From: Eledone cirrhosa
Lineage: Eukaryota
Direction: 5' to 3'
Length of the DNA stretch: 64,000 bases
Assembly: GCA_964016885.1 (NCBI GenBank)
Contig: OZ024747.1
Coordinates: 30,628,001-30,692,000, forward strand
The position numbers and the translations under genes were made by a program. Below the pieces are notes generated by a model. That model was not told the origin of the DNA. It was given only the letters and a program-made list of their open reading frames with translations, and did no database searches. Positions 1-14,009 of the stretch are shown here, in pieces (the stretch's first letter is position 1; each line of letters opens with the position of its first letter).

Positions 1-3000
1 CACATAGATACCCTAGCACACATCACAAAGATACCCTAACACACATCACATACACACACCACATAGATACCCTAACACACATCACATACACACACCACAT
101 AGATACCCTAGCACACATCACAAAGATACCCTAACACACATCACATACACACACCACATAGATACCCTACAACACATCACATACACACACCACATAGATA
201 CCCTAGCACACATCACATCACATACACACACCACATAGATACCCTAGCACACATCACATACACACAGCACACATCACATACACACACCACATAGCTACCC
301 TAGCACACACCACATAGATACCCTAGCACACATCACATACACACACCACATAGATACCCTAGCACACATCACATACACACAGCACACATCACATACACAC
401 ACCACACAGATACCCGACGACACATCACATACACACACCACATAGATACCCGACGACACATCACATACACACACCACATAGATACCCTAACACACATCAC
501 ATACACACACCACATAGATACCCTAGCACACATCACAAAGATACCCTAACACACATCACATACACACACCACATAGATACCCTACAACACATCACATAGA
601 CACACCACATAGATACCCTAGCACACATCACATACACACACCACACAGATACCCTAGTACACATAACATACACACACCACATAGATACCCTAGCACACAT
701 CACATACACACACCACACAGATACCCTAGCACACATCAGATACACACACCACACAGATACCCTAGCACACATCACATACACACACCACACAGATACCCTA
801 GCACACATCACATACACACACCACACAGATACTCTAACACAGATCACATACACACACCACACAGATACCCTAGCACACCTCACATACACACACCACACAG
901 ATACCCATGCACACATCACATACACACACCACATAGATACCCTAGCACACATCACATACACACACCACACCGATACCCCAACACACATCACATACACACT
1001 CTAGCACACATCACATACACACAGCACACAGATACGCTAACATACATCACATAGATACCGTAACAGACATCACATACACACACCACACAGATACCCTAGC
1101 ACACATAACATACACACACCACATAGATACCCTAGCACACATAACATACACACACCACATAGATACCCTAGCACACATCACATTCACACACCACATAGAT
1201 ACCCTACCACACATCACATACACACACCACATAGATACCCTAGCACACATCACATTCACACACCACACAGATACCCTAACACACATCACATACACACACC
1301 ACATAGATACCCTAGCACACATCACATACACACACCACATAGATAACCTAGCTCACATCACATTCACACACCACACAGATACCCTAACACAAATCATATA
1401 CACACACCACATAGATACTCTAGCACACATCACATACACACACCACATAGATACCCTAACACACATAACATACACACACCACATAGATACCCTAGCACAC
1501 ATCACATACACACACCACATAGATACTCTAGCACACATCACATACACACACCACATAGATACCCTAGCACACATCACATACACACACCACACAGAAACCC
1601 TAACATACCACACAGATACCCTAACCCACATCAAATACACACACCACACAGATACCCTAGCACACATCACATACACACACCACATAGATACCCTAACACA
1701 CATCACATACACACACCACATAGATACCCTAGCACACATCACATACACACACCACATAGATACCCTAACACACATCACATACACACACCACATAGCTCCC
1801 CTAGCACACATCACATACACACACCACATAGATACCCTATAACACATCACATACATACACCACATAGATACCCTAGCACACATCACATACAAACACCACA
1901 TAGATACCCTAACACACATCACATACACACACCACACAGATACCCGAGTACACATCACATACACACACCACACAGATACCCTAGCACACATCACATACAC
2001 ACACCACATAGATACCCTAGCACACATCACATACACACACCACACAGATACCCTAACACACATCACATACACACACCCCATAGCTACCCTAGCACACATA
2101 ACACACACACCACACATATACCCCAACACACTTCACATACACACACCACATAGCTACCCTAGCACACATCACATACACACACCACATAGATACCCTAGCA
2201 CACATCACATACACTCACCACACAGATACCCTAGCACACATCACATACACACAGCACACATCACATACACACACCACACAGATACCCTAACACACATAAC
2301 ATACACACACCACATAGATACCCTAACACACATCACATACACACACCACATAGATACCCTAACACACATCACATAGATACCCTACAACACATCACATACA
2401 CACACCACATAGCTACCCTAGCACACATCACATACACACACCACATAGATACCCTACAACACATCACATACACACACCACATAGATACCCTAGCACACAT
2501 CACATACACACACCACACAGATACCCTAGCACACATAACATACACACACAACATAGATACCCTAGCACACATCACATACACACACCACATAGATACCCTA
2601 GCACACATCACATACACACACCACACAGATACCCTAACACACATAACATACACACAGCACATAGATACCCTAGCACACATCACATACACACACCACACAG
2701 ATACCCTAACACACATCACATACACACACCACATAGATACCCTAGCACACATCACATACACACACCACACAGATAGCCTAGCACACATCACATACACACA
2801 CCACACAGATACTCTAACACAGATCACATACACACACCACACAGATACCCCAGCACACCTCACATACACACACCACACAGATACCCTAGCACACATCACA
2901 TACACACACCACACCGATAACCCAACACACATCACATACACACCCTAGCGCACATCACATACACACAGCACACAGATACGCTAACATACATCACATAGAT

Positions 3001-4105
3001 ACCGTAACACACATCACATACACACACCACACATATACCCTAGCACACATAACATACACACACCACATAGATACCCTAGCACACATCACATACACACACC
3101 ACATAGATACCCTAGCACACATCACATACACACATCACATAGATACCGTAACAGACATCACATACACACACCACACAGATACCCTAGCACACATAACATA
3201 CACACACCACATAGATACCCTAGCACACATAACATACACACACCACATAGATACTCTAGCACACATCACATACACACACCACACAGATACCCTAGCACAC
3301 ATCACATACACACACCACATAGATACCCTAGCACACATCACATTAATACCCTAACATACATCACATACACACACCACATAGATACCCTAGCACACCTCAC
3401 ATACACACACCACATAGATACCCTAGCACACATCACATACACACACCACATAGATACCCTAGCACACATCACATACACACACCACATAGATACCCTAACA
3501 CACATCACATACACACACCACACAGATACCCTAGCACACATCACATACATACACCACATAGATACCCTAACACACACCACATAGATACCCTAGCACACAT
3601 CACATAGATACCCTAGCACACATCACATACACACACCACACCGATACCCCAACACACATCACATACACACAGCACACAGATACCCTAGCACACATCACAT
3701 ACACACACCACACAGATACCCTTACACACATCACATACACACAGCACACAGATACCCGAGCACACATCACATACGCACAGCACACAGATACCCGAGCACA
3801 CAGCACATAGATACCCTAACACACACCACATAGATACCCTAGCACACATCACATACACACACCACAGCAATACCCCAACACACATTACATACACACAGCA
3901 CACAGATACCCTAGCACACATCACATACACACACCACACAGATACCCTTACACACATCACATACACACAGCACACAGATACCCTAGCACACATCACATAC
4001 ACACACCACACAGATACCCTAGCACTCATCACATACACACAGCACAAAGATACCCTAACACACATCACATTCACACACCACACAGATACTCTAGCATACA
4101 TAAGA
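1..4105. repeat. 36-bp tandem minisatellite (consensus CACATAGATACCCTAGCACACATCACATACACACAC), runs off the left edge
   Basis: The unit is directly visible throughout. The (VMCARVSMWCVY)n ORFs are simply the 36-bp unit translated. Confidence 0.97.
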
Positions 4106-4521
4106 CATACATGCACAGTGGGGAAGTGACTCCCTGACAACCATTAAGCAGTGAATGCATTATACACATGAGAGTACATGTGAATCCGATGTGTATATGT
4201 GAATGGCGGAAAATGGGAAAAGAATAAAAAACAAATGTTTAGTGATTATGATGAGAGAGAGGAAGTTGATTAAAGAGCGAAGTAGAATTATACATTAAGT
4301 ACGCACTCACACACACACAATTACATGCCATAAACACACATACACACACACACACACACACAATGCAGGTCAGATCTTCACACAGAAAGGAAAATAAAAA
4401 TGAGAAAGTGCTATAGACATTTATTTACATATATGTGTGTGTGAGGGTGGGTGTGATGATAACACTGACCCATGTGGGTGTGTATCTATCTATCTATATG
4501 TATGTATGTATTAAATATATA

Positions 4522-5378
4522 TAAGTATGTATACGTACATATATGTATACAGACGTACAGTAGTATGTATATATAAATACATGCACACATATATATATGT
4601 ACGTATGGATTCACCAAACATTTATTATAATGCTCAGTGTGTTTGTAAACAAACATCCTGTATTATGCCGTAGTGTCTAGCAACCATCGTTGCTGTACTA
4701 GTTTCAAGCTTGTTGGGATGTTTGTTTACAGACACACCGAGCATTATAATAAGTGTTTGGTGAATCCATACGTACATAATAAATGTTTGGTGAATCCATA
4801 CGTACATATATATATGTGTGCATGTATGTATATATATATACATACTACTGTACGCCTGTATACATATATGTATGTAAGTGTACATACTTATATTTAAGTA
4901 ACAGCCATACTAAGAGTGGGAAATTTCATTTCATTTCATTTTTTCTGTTTATCCTTTTCGGTGCACCCGGCCGATTAACCCACTCGATATGCAAATTGGG
5001 CTACTCAGCCGTTAATATGCATAAGGAAAGTATATACTTTCGGACGTTCAACAATCTGGCAGGAAGGTATACGTTGCTGACGATAGCTAACAAGCTTGAA
5101 ACTAGTACAGCGTTCCTTTGTCAGTGTTGAACAAACGAGCAACGATGGTTGCTAGACACTACGGCTTAATACGGGATGTTTGTTTACAAACACACCGAGT
5201 ATTATAATAAATGTTTGGTGAATCCATACATACATATATATATATGTGTGCATGTATATATATATACATATTACTGTACGTCTGTATACATATATGTATG
5301 TACGTATACATACTTATTTTTAAGTAACAGCCGTACTAAGAGTGCGAAATGAAATTTCGTTTCATTTTTTCCGTTTAT
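4522..5378 (+). mobile_element. ORF-less Penelope-like element: partial tandem pseudo-LTR with inverted 5' copy
   Basis: 4715-4952 is repeated directly at 5172-5378. 4522-4714 is an inverted copy of parts of 5089-5318. A hammerhead lies at 5071-5113 and there is no ORF. Confidence 0.75.
5071..5113 (+). ncRNA. Minimal type I hammerhead ribozyme (GUA site)
   Basis: ACGUUG-CUGACGA-U-AGCU-aaca-AGCU-U-GAAA-CUAG-UA-CAGCGU: 6-bp stem I, 4-bp stem II, palindromic helix III (ACUAGU). Confidence 0.8.
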
Positions 5379-5468
5379 TAAATATATATATATATATAAA
5401 TACATATATATATATATATATGTATTTAAAAAAAAAATATATATATATATATATATACATGTATTTTA

Positions 5469-5499
<31 letters not shown>

Positions 5500-5555
5500 A
5501 AGAGAGAGAGAGTAAGTGATTTAAAGTACAATTTTGCATCTTAAAGTAGTATAAA

Positions 5556-5668
5556 CACAACATACATCTGTACAACATACACATATATTTCTACAACATG
5601 CACATACATCTGTACAACATACACATACATCTGTACAACATACACATACGTCTACAACATACACATAT
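5556..5668. repeat. 21-bp tandem repeat, about 5 copies (TACAACATACACATACATCTG)
   Basis: Direct repeats are visible. Confidence 0.8.
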
Positions 5669-5744
5669 ATTTGCAACTGTTTATTATAATTTATAGACAC
5701 ACGTTTGACTATTAAAAATTGAAAAACAACACCAATATCAAACA

Positions 5745-7105
5745 CTAGCATTAAAGCCCGGCGTTGCTCGGGGTCATTAAGTTACCAAAGTTAGGTTGGA
5801 CCACCCATTTCATGGCAACACTTTTTTGTCTGCCAGGCACTGGGTGAATGAATTGCAGACCTGGAAGCAGGAGCTGCGCCAGCAGTGACAATTGTAGTTT
5901 CGCCTATGGATATTATCTCTGTGCAAAAAAGTGTTGAAATTTATTGTTTCACAGTACTTGCACAACACGCGCGTAGACGATGCCAGCCGAACAACAGAGC
6001 TGCGATGGAGTTGTTCTGCATGGTTGTCTGTGTGTTTTCTAAATTTAAGACAGTAGGGAGGGTTGTGATATGAGGGAGAGTTAGCTGTTGTTTCTAGCAG
6101 GTTTAGTGACCTCATAGAGGATATGTTTTCTAAATTTAAGACAGTAGGGAGGCGTGTGATATGGGGGAGAGTTAGCTGCTGTTTCTAGCAGGTTTAGTAA
6201 CCTCATAGAGGATATGTGTTTTCTAAATTTAAGACAGTAGGGAGTGGTGTGATATGGGGGAGAGTTAGCTGCTGTTTCTAGCAGGTTTAGTGACCTCATA
6301 GAAGATATGTTTTCTAAATTTAAGACAGTAGGGAGGGGTGTGGTATGGGGGAGAGTTAGCTGCTGTTTCTAGCAGGTTTAGTGACCTCGTAGAGGATATT
6401 ATTGTTTATCATTATCTATAAAAGGCAGATTGTTGTTGTTGTTGTTGTGTGTGTGTGCACATGTTCCATGCTTATACATTTGCACAATTTCAAACCGATT
6501 CGACTCAAAGTCTGTAAGAATCCACGTTCGTTGAGAGGTTTTAAAAAAGATTTATCGCTTGTTGTTGAATAAATGTATCTGTTGCTTTTGAATAATTGTC
6601 GTTTCATATGAAATGTAATAATTGAGAAACTAAAAGTTAGTGTGGTTATAAATCACGCACGTTGTTTAATTGCTCTAAATGTTTTTTTATCATTTGAAGT
6701 GAGTGTGTTTGTATGCGTTTGTAAATAAATCAGTAAGTTTGAAGTATAAAAGAGAAAGTAGCAAAATGTGTGGGTTGTAGATAGAGGGTAGCAGATGATA
6801 TGAGAGAGTAAAACGGACAGTATCACCATCAAGCTTGGAAAGAGAAAGTAGGAGAAAGTATGAAGTTGTATAGATTTTGAATGGTAGTGGAAAGAGTTTA
6901 GCACTTTAAATGAGAGAAAAATCGTAAAATATTGAGTTTTATCTATTTTTTGCGTAATTGTGGGTGAAATTGAAAAAATTAGATGTGCCAAGATGCAATC
7001 GAAGCTATTTCGAATACTGAATTGTATATTTCAATTGAAGAAATTCTATATCGTAGATTTCTATAACAAAGGAGCATGTCCATACACTGAGCTTTATAGA
7101 TTATG
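5745..7105 (-). mobile_element. Non-autonomous Helitron-like element
   Basis: The minus-strand 3' end reads CCCGAGCAACGCCGGG hairpin + 8 nt + CTAG|T (5745-5772), matching the end at 46543-46571. A probable 5' TCTATAAAG end lies near 7100. A second, plus-oriented TCTATAAAAGG start at about 6414 suggests nesting. Confidence 0.55.
6033..6398. repeat. About 91-bp tandem repeat x4 inside the Helitron-like element
   Basis: TGTTTTCTAAATTTAAGACAGTAGGGAG starts at 6033, 6124, 6217 and 6308. Confidence 0.92.
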
Positions 7106-7328
7106 ATTATTTTCACATCATCTAACATAGATTTTCTTAAAAATATTGTAAATATAATAAATATTTCATAATAGGCACTGCCTGAATTTAACCAATGTAA
7201 TTATATATGACTATTAGAATATCAATGTAGACATCTATATATAAGTGTAGACACATAAACAGCGTATATATATATATATGACTTTTTAAAAAAATCATAT
7301 ACTTGTATGAATCTCTTCTCGCTCTCCC

Positions 7329-7368
<40 letters not shown>

Positions 7369-7672
7369 AATTTGTCTACGGAACAGGTTTGGATTTTGAA
7401 ATTTAAATTTGTCCAGGTATCACGGTTATTGCCAATATGGGTTTGTTTTTATTGATTTATTATTTTAAATCGAGACAGGCAAACTGTATTAATTTAATTA
7501 GTATTTTTCAATCTAGCTAACTTGGTCATTTACAATACAAACACTTATATGTTTATATTAGTGTTTATCATATATTAATTTATATTAACCTGTATTTCAC
7601 GGCTCAGAAATGCTTCTTTCTTTGAGCTAATTAATTGTAAAGGACTGTTTGAGTTTATAACTCTAAATATAG

Positions 7673-7707
<35 letters not shown>

Positions 7708-8134
7708 TACTTGTCCCCCTCGCCTTATGCGAATTCTGGTCCCAATAACTTTTTTTAGTTATTGCTTGCAACAACCTGCGGTATCTGATTTTTAATGCGA
7801 TGAAATACCAATGATGGTTGGAAAATCACTGACGAAGGACTATTTTTATCATATTTAACCCATGTGCAAACCACGCAGTATTCTTCTTTCTTCTCATGTT
7901 TTTTATATATATATATATATATATAAGCTTCATAGAGATTGAAAGAAAAAACAGAAAAGAAAATCAGAAAGAGCTTAGAATACATGAAAAATTATCAGGT
8001 GCCACAAATCTATGTCCTCTGAGTAAGAAAAAGCACAGAACAAAAAAAATATCTTCATCTGACACACACACATATATATCATATATATATTCGACTCCTT
8101 TCTCTCCTTCTTCTGCTCCTTCCACCCCTCCCTC

Positions 8135-9092
8135 CACTTCACCACCTCTATCTCCACCACCCACGTCCACTTCTTAGACATCTCCATCGCCTTCGACCCC
8201 TCCCACCACTCCCTCGTCACCTCCGCCTTCTTCAAACCCACCGACTCCCACTCTTACCTCGACTTCACCTCTTCCCACCCCACCCACACTAAACACTCCA
8301 TTCCCTACTCCCAACTTCTCAGGATCCGCCGCCTCTGTAGCCGTGATGCTGACTTTGAGTCCCAGGCCCTTTCCCTAGTCAGCCATTTCATCCGCAGAGG
8401 TTACCCCCCCCCCCCTCCCCCCTCTCGTCCACACCGCTCTCACCCACGCCCGTGCTGTCCCCCGCTCCACCACCCTCACCCCACACTCACCAACCGTCTC
8501 CCCTTCCGCATCACCTACCACCCCTCCACCGCCTCTTCCGATGCCTCCAGTCCGACCCCTCCACCTCCCACATCTTCCCAACCCCACCACTCCCCTCCTT
8601 CAAACACGCACGCAATCTCCGCACCCTCCTCGTCCACAGCCCCCTACCCCCAACCCACGCTCTGTTCCCCCCCCCGGTTCCTTTCCCTGTTCTAGGCCCC
8701 GCTGCAACACCTGTCCCCACATCACCAACACTACCACCTTCCAGGGTCCCAACGGCCACTCTCTCTCGGTTCGGCATGCCTTCCGCTGCACCTCCTCCAA
8801 CCTAGTCTACGGACTTCGCTGCACGGAGTCCAGCGCGACTTATGTCGGACAGACGGGACGTCGCCTGGCGGACCGAGTCACGGAGCACCTCCGGGATATT
8901 CGTCTCGGGGGCAGTTCCCCCATCGCCCGCCACTTTGGTGGCCCTGGACATTCCGCACGCCATCTCACAGTCTGTGGCCTACTCCAGTGCCACGGAACAC
9001 CCGCCAATCGCCTTACGGTCGAACAACGTACTATCTTCATCTTACAGACCCACACTCCCCCCGGCCTGAACTCGCCACCCTTATTCCTTTAG
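8135..9092 (+). pseudogene. Frameshifted PLE RT C-terminus plus GIY-YIG endonuclease
   Basis: ORF 8541-9092 holds the GIY-YIG domain. The RT thumb lies in an upstream frame that breaks around the poly-C at about 8405-8520. Confidence 0.88.
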
Positions 9093-10532
9093 CCTTCGAC
9101 CGCCGCCCTCCCCCTACACTTATCCCCCACTAACACCACTAACACACCCCTCCTTTTCACCGCCCACCCCACAACTAACAATACTAACACCTCCACTCCA
9201 CCCCTCATCTGACCACCCTTCCCCAACTAACATATTAACATCCCTTCCCTCCCCTCTTCTCCTCCTCCCCCCTCCTTATCACACGCACACACCCACCGGC
9301 ACATATATACACGCGCTCACACTAAACACACACCCTACTACCACTAACCCTCACCCCCCCACACCTCTCACCCCCACACCTCCATCCCACCACCCCGCAA
9401 CTAACCTCACTAACACCCCCTAACCCCAAGCACACGAACAAACGCAACTAACATCACTAACACCGCCCCCAACCCCACGCACACATACCCACACACCCTC
9501 GTACACCACCAACTCTACACACCCTACCCCCACTAACACCTGCATTCAACCCCTCCCCACCTCCCGTATACTAACACCCACTAACACCTCTTCATCAAAC
9601 TACACACACACCAGTACACCACACTCCCTCCATAGAACCACACACACCCTTCTCTCCCGCTCCACCCACACCCTCGCTCCACACTCACTCATCCCACTAA
9701 CACCCCTACTAATACACACACACACACCCTCCTCACTCCAAATTTCACACCTACCCATCCTCGCCCCTTTACCATTCCACCGACTGCTGCTATGCCCTCT
9801 GACCACCTCCCAGCACAAACAGACCACAGCACTCCCACTGCTGACCACTTCCTGTTGCGCGCGCACCCCACATCTCTCCTCTTCCGACCATCGCTTCATG
9901 GAATACCCACACGCAGAAATTGACCAGCAACCAATCCACTAAACATCTTCGGAATTTACCAACTTTTCAACCATCCTCTTACGTAATCACCTATATAACT
10001 CACCCACACACACACCCCCAAACATTTTTTTTTTCTCCACACGCCACCGACACCCACAACACGCTTAAACCCCACACATACGTGCTTTCCACCACATATT
10101 TACACCCTCAGCCTCCTGATTCCCGCCCCCACCCCTCTATCCACAAACGCACAGACACTCCGACCCCCCCCCCACACACACCTCTTCCTGAACATGCAAC
10201 CCCGTTCTTCCCCCAACCCTTACTTTCACATACACACACACACACACGCACACCTACACACACACACCACCTTCAGCCCTCCCCGCTCGGACACCCCATC
10301 TCCCTCTCCCCACTCCACCCGCCACCACCCCTACACACCCCACACCCTTCCACCACCTGTTTACCCCCCTTTTAATTTCAGTTTATTTTGATCATGCCTT
10401 TATTTTTAAATTCATCTCATTCCTTGTATTTTGATCATGCTTTATTTTTATTTTTATCTTTATTTTTTATTTTTTCATTCGCACCGTCTCCACCACTCCC
10501 CTACACACTCTTTGAACTCTGTTCCCACACAC

Positions 10533-10572
10533 TTCTCACCTGAGGAAGGGCTTATGCCCGAAACGTCGTCCC
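10533..10572 (+). ncRNA. Minimal hammerhead motif (GUC site; stem I weak)
   Basis: CUGAGGA-A-GGGC-uuau-GCCC-GAAA-CG-UC. Only 2 bp of stem I (AC/GU) can be drawn. Confidence 0.6.
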
Positions 10573-10657
10573 CCACCAACACCCCACTCTCCAGAGCGTG
10601 AAATTAATAAACATTCGTTGTACTGCCTCTCTGTTTTGTCCCTGTTCAAATTTTTCC

Positions 10658-10716
<59 letters not shown>

Positions 10717-11036
10717 TAAAATAACAGATTAAAGTTTAAGCAAAGAATCGTTGCTTTCACCCTTAACGGGATCTTCTGAAACTAACAAAGTCAATCTGTA
10801 AACGCAGAAGTGGATATTTCAAAAAAACGTTACAACCGGAGGAAGACAGGAAGACGATACTTCGTGGTAACGTTCGCTGGCAAAGAACGGGAAAAAACGA
10901 ATAATACGTCATTAATAGGAGCGGTGAAAAACAATTACGCGCAAAGACAGAACCACGTTTATGGTATAAAAGAAGTCGTAGACTAATGTTCTCTTAGGTT
11001 GTGCATAGAGACGTTCTCTGGCAATTTTATTATTAT

Positions 11037-11074
<38 letters not shown>

Positions 11075-11281
11075 GGAGGCTTAGTAAAATCGAATCTTTG
11101 GCGGTGTGCAAGCAAATTCGAGCTACAATATGAATGAGTTAGCAAAGCACTCGACAAGGTAGGTCCTTATAGTAATAACATACGCTTAAATAGCTTGACA
11201 AATTGAACATTGTGGTAGGCAAAATCTAACACACAATACCAAAGTAACGAAAGAACTAACAGGTTGAAAAATATATATATA

Positions 11282-13310
11282 TGTATTGGAATTTTGTATT
11301 TCTAAAGGAATAGAGTATCTTTATAAATAAACATGTAGAAAGCCGTAGATATACAAAAAACACCAGCAACTATCACCATCTGGTGGCCTCCAGCAGAAGC
11401 AAGGGGGAGAATCGTCGATGCATTTCAAACTTAACTGGTGCTCATCAGGACAATCCCTCCTGCTCTTGCAACTGCTGGACTTCAAAACAGGAAAGAATAT
11501 ATGGTTTTCTTATCTGTGTAAATGAGGTGATTAATCTCATTTGCATATAAGGCTGTATAAGTTGGCTCAACTTATAATAGAATAGAAATAGAATTTAGCT
11601 TCAAGCATAGCTGTATGTAAAACAATAGAAAATGCTAAAGGGATTTTCTCTCGGAATAACATCAAAAGATTTATTTACAAAATAGGAATTTCGGCATTAA
11701 TTGTACCGGTTTCGGCTTATACACTTTTTCACATGACAGACGTGTATAATGCAATTAAATTGCATATTAATAAGAATAATAAGAATATGAGGGAAAAAAA
11801 TGTTTTTACATGCATATTTAGGGAGAAAAGTTAACATTTTTGTCTGTAGTTTTCTTTCTTTCTCTCTTTGTGCTGACCTTAGCCTTACCAACAGTTGTGG
11901 TAGCAGCAGAGAAGAATCAGTTCTGTTTAAGCTGTTAGCTTTGACTGTAGTTGTAGTAGTGGAGGAGACGGGGAAAGAAAAGCAGAAGAAGAAGAAGTGG
12001 GGAGGGAGGGAGGAGAAGGAGAAGAAGACGAAGAAGAAAAGGGATGGACAGGGAATAAGTGGTAGTAATACCAGGGCTAGTGCAAGGAAGGAAGGGGAAG
12101 ATAGAGAAGGGGTGGGCGAAGCAGAAGGGGGTGATGGGGTGGTGTAGTAGTAATAGTATCACTGTTAATAATGGTAAAGGGAGCAGTCGATGGGATTGGT
12201 TTAAATGATTGAGTGACCTTAGAGTTGACATGAGGGTGTAATTGTTTCTAAAAATATCTATCTTAGTATTTCTGTCTGTAATGCTGACATTCTTAGTTTG
12301 TCCATTGGTGTTAAAAATTGACCTGCAGTGTGGATGTTTCTAAGATATCTTCCTCAATTTGTCCAAGGTGCTAATTTTAAAGTTGGGGTTCTGACTGCAG
12401 TTTCGTCTGAAGTAGATGCATTGAGAAGGGGTTCGTATTTAGTGATAAAGTGTGATTCTTTGCTGATGCACTGGATGTAGGAAGTGTTGTCTTTACATTT
12501 GTAGAGGGGAAAAATTCTGAAGTTGGGTTGTTCATTAGAGGCTCAGGTGGTAATATGTTCTCTCAGTGCTGTATTCCTGTTTTCACAAAGCAATAAAATT
12601 TACCATGGAATGCAATAAAAAAACTACCATTTCTGGAAATCCTTATCATTAAAGAAGGGGAAATATCAAAACAGATCTATTTTACAAACCAACAGACACA
12701 CACCAATACTTGAATTTCCGATCAGCACATCCCTGACATACCAAAAGGAATATTCCCTTTAACATGGCAAGATGCATTTGCACCATATTAACACACCCCA
12801 CACTACAGGAAAAAAGAGTATATGAACTAAAAGAGTTCCATAAAAGACAAGATATCTGGTGAACCTCATCAATATGGCCATCGCCATGGCCCAGAACATC
12901 CCAGTAACAACACTGAGAAAAATAAACTAATAAAATAAAAAGGAAAAAACAGTTATCCTTTTTGTCATCACACACAATCCAAGGAGCTTCAACATTGTGA
13001 AAGCCGCTAAATAATATCTCCCGATTCTCCGACAGTCCCCAAAAGTGAATGCACACATAAAAGACTCACAAATAATATATAGTAGACGCCAAGCACCCAA
13101 CCTAAAAAAAAATGCTTACCAAGGCAAAATTTACGTCTGATAATAAAACAATTCAAGTTAAGAAATGCGGGAACCCTCGATGCGGAAAGTTGTGAATACA
13201 TTCAAAAGGGTGAACAAATCTCCTTTAAAAACAAGATTTTCAAAGTTAATGCAATCATGAATTGCAAAACCAAAAACTTAATTTACTGTGCAACCTGCCC
13301 ACAATGTAGG
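11282..13310 (-). mobile_element. Decayed Neptune-like PLE with inverted 5' half
   Basis: Minus 12590-12410 gives the GIY-YIG C-terminus (EHITT...FRIFPLYK...ESHFITKYEPLLN), followed by 3' region and pLTR to 11282. Plus 12592-13310 gives the RT thumb (LPFLEILI, YKPTDTHQYLNF), a CGNPRC linker and NCKTKNLIYCATC. Confidence 0.8.
11411..11454 (-). ncRNA. Minimal hammerhead motif (AUC site; stem II weak)
   Basis: AUUGUC-CUGAUGA-gcaccaguuaaguuu-GAAA-UGCA-UC-GACGAU: 6-bp stem I and palindromic AUGCAU. Confidence 0.65.
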
Positions 13311-13669
13311 TACAAACTGCTACTGAACACAAAAAAAATGATATTCCATCTTAAATATCAGGATTCTCCCCACTTTCCTTTTTTTTTTCAAAATCTCATA
13401 TTGAAAAAAGAAAAATATCCAAATAGAAGTTGATGACACATTGGGTCGTTGAAGAGAAGTACAACCCTCAGAGGTACACTACCATGTCATTAACTGCCTC
13501 TTCCCCACCTCAATGTATATGTGAACTTAAATACTTGCGTAGATGTGTATACATATGTGTGTAGATGTGTATGTATTTATGTCTGTAGGTGTACAGGTGT
13601 GTGTATGCATGTGTGTGTATGTATGTGTTCAAGTATGTGTATATCTATAAATAAATATATATATTCATG

Positions 13670-13702
<33 letters not shown>

Positions 13703-14009
13703 GCATTTATGTGTAGATATGTGTGTGTATGTATATGGGCTGTATGTATGTTTACATGTAGGGAAGTAAATATGTGAGCTAGAATGCCCCCCCCCCTCCC
13801 CACACACACACACTTTTGCTCCCAAACCAATATCAACAACATACATTTCTGACAAATATTCCAAAACCATCCTATTTTTCTCTTTGCTGTCATCCCATTT
13901 TTATCAAACCCAAATTCATCTTTAATATAGAAAATTGTTGAAAAGGTCATTAATTAAAATGGAACAAGCAGGAGGGCATTTTTACAACCCCTTTCTTAAA
14001 CACTCCTTA

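Larger units (their letters stand above)
8090..10660 (+). mobile_element. 5'-truncated Penelope-like element, Neptune-like (RT thumb, GIY-YIG, long C-rich 3' region, pLTR with hammerhead)
   Basis: Translates to FLDISI...FKPTDSHSYLDFTSSHP (PLE RT thumb), a PCSRPRCNTC linker and LVYGLRC...YVGQTGRRLADRVTEH...PPGLN. Flanked by (AT)n. Confidence 0.9.

Noticed and set aside
295-4140. Long Cys/Val/Met-rich ORFs, and a CRISPR-like periodicity
   Set aside because: The ORFs are translations of the 36-bp unit. There are no unique spacers or cas genes.
7829-7880. CTGACGA hammerhead-like box
   Set aside because: No GAAA or closing stems.
10741-10790. Minus-strand CAGAAGA-UCCCGuuaaGGGU-GAAA
   Set aside because: The core is mutated and there is no palindromic helix III or stem I. 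At best a dead relic.
13521-13950. YI/CV/HT-rich ORFs here and elsewhere
   Set aside because: Translations of (AT)n and (GT)n microsatellites.
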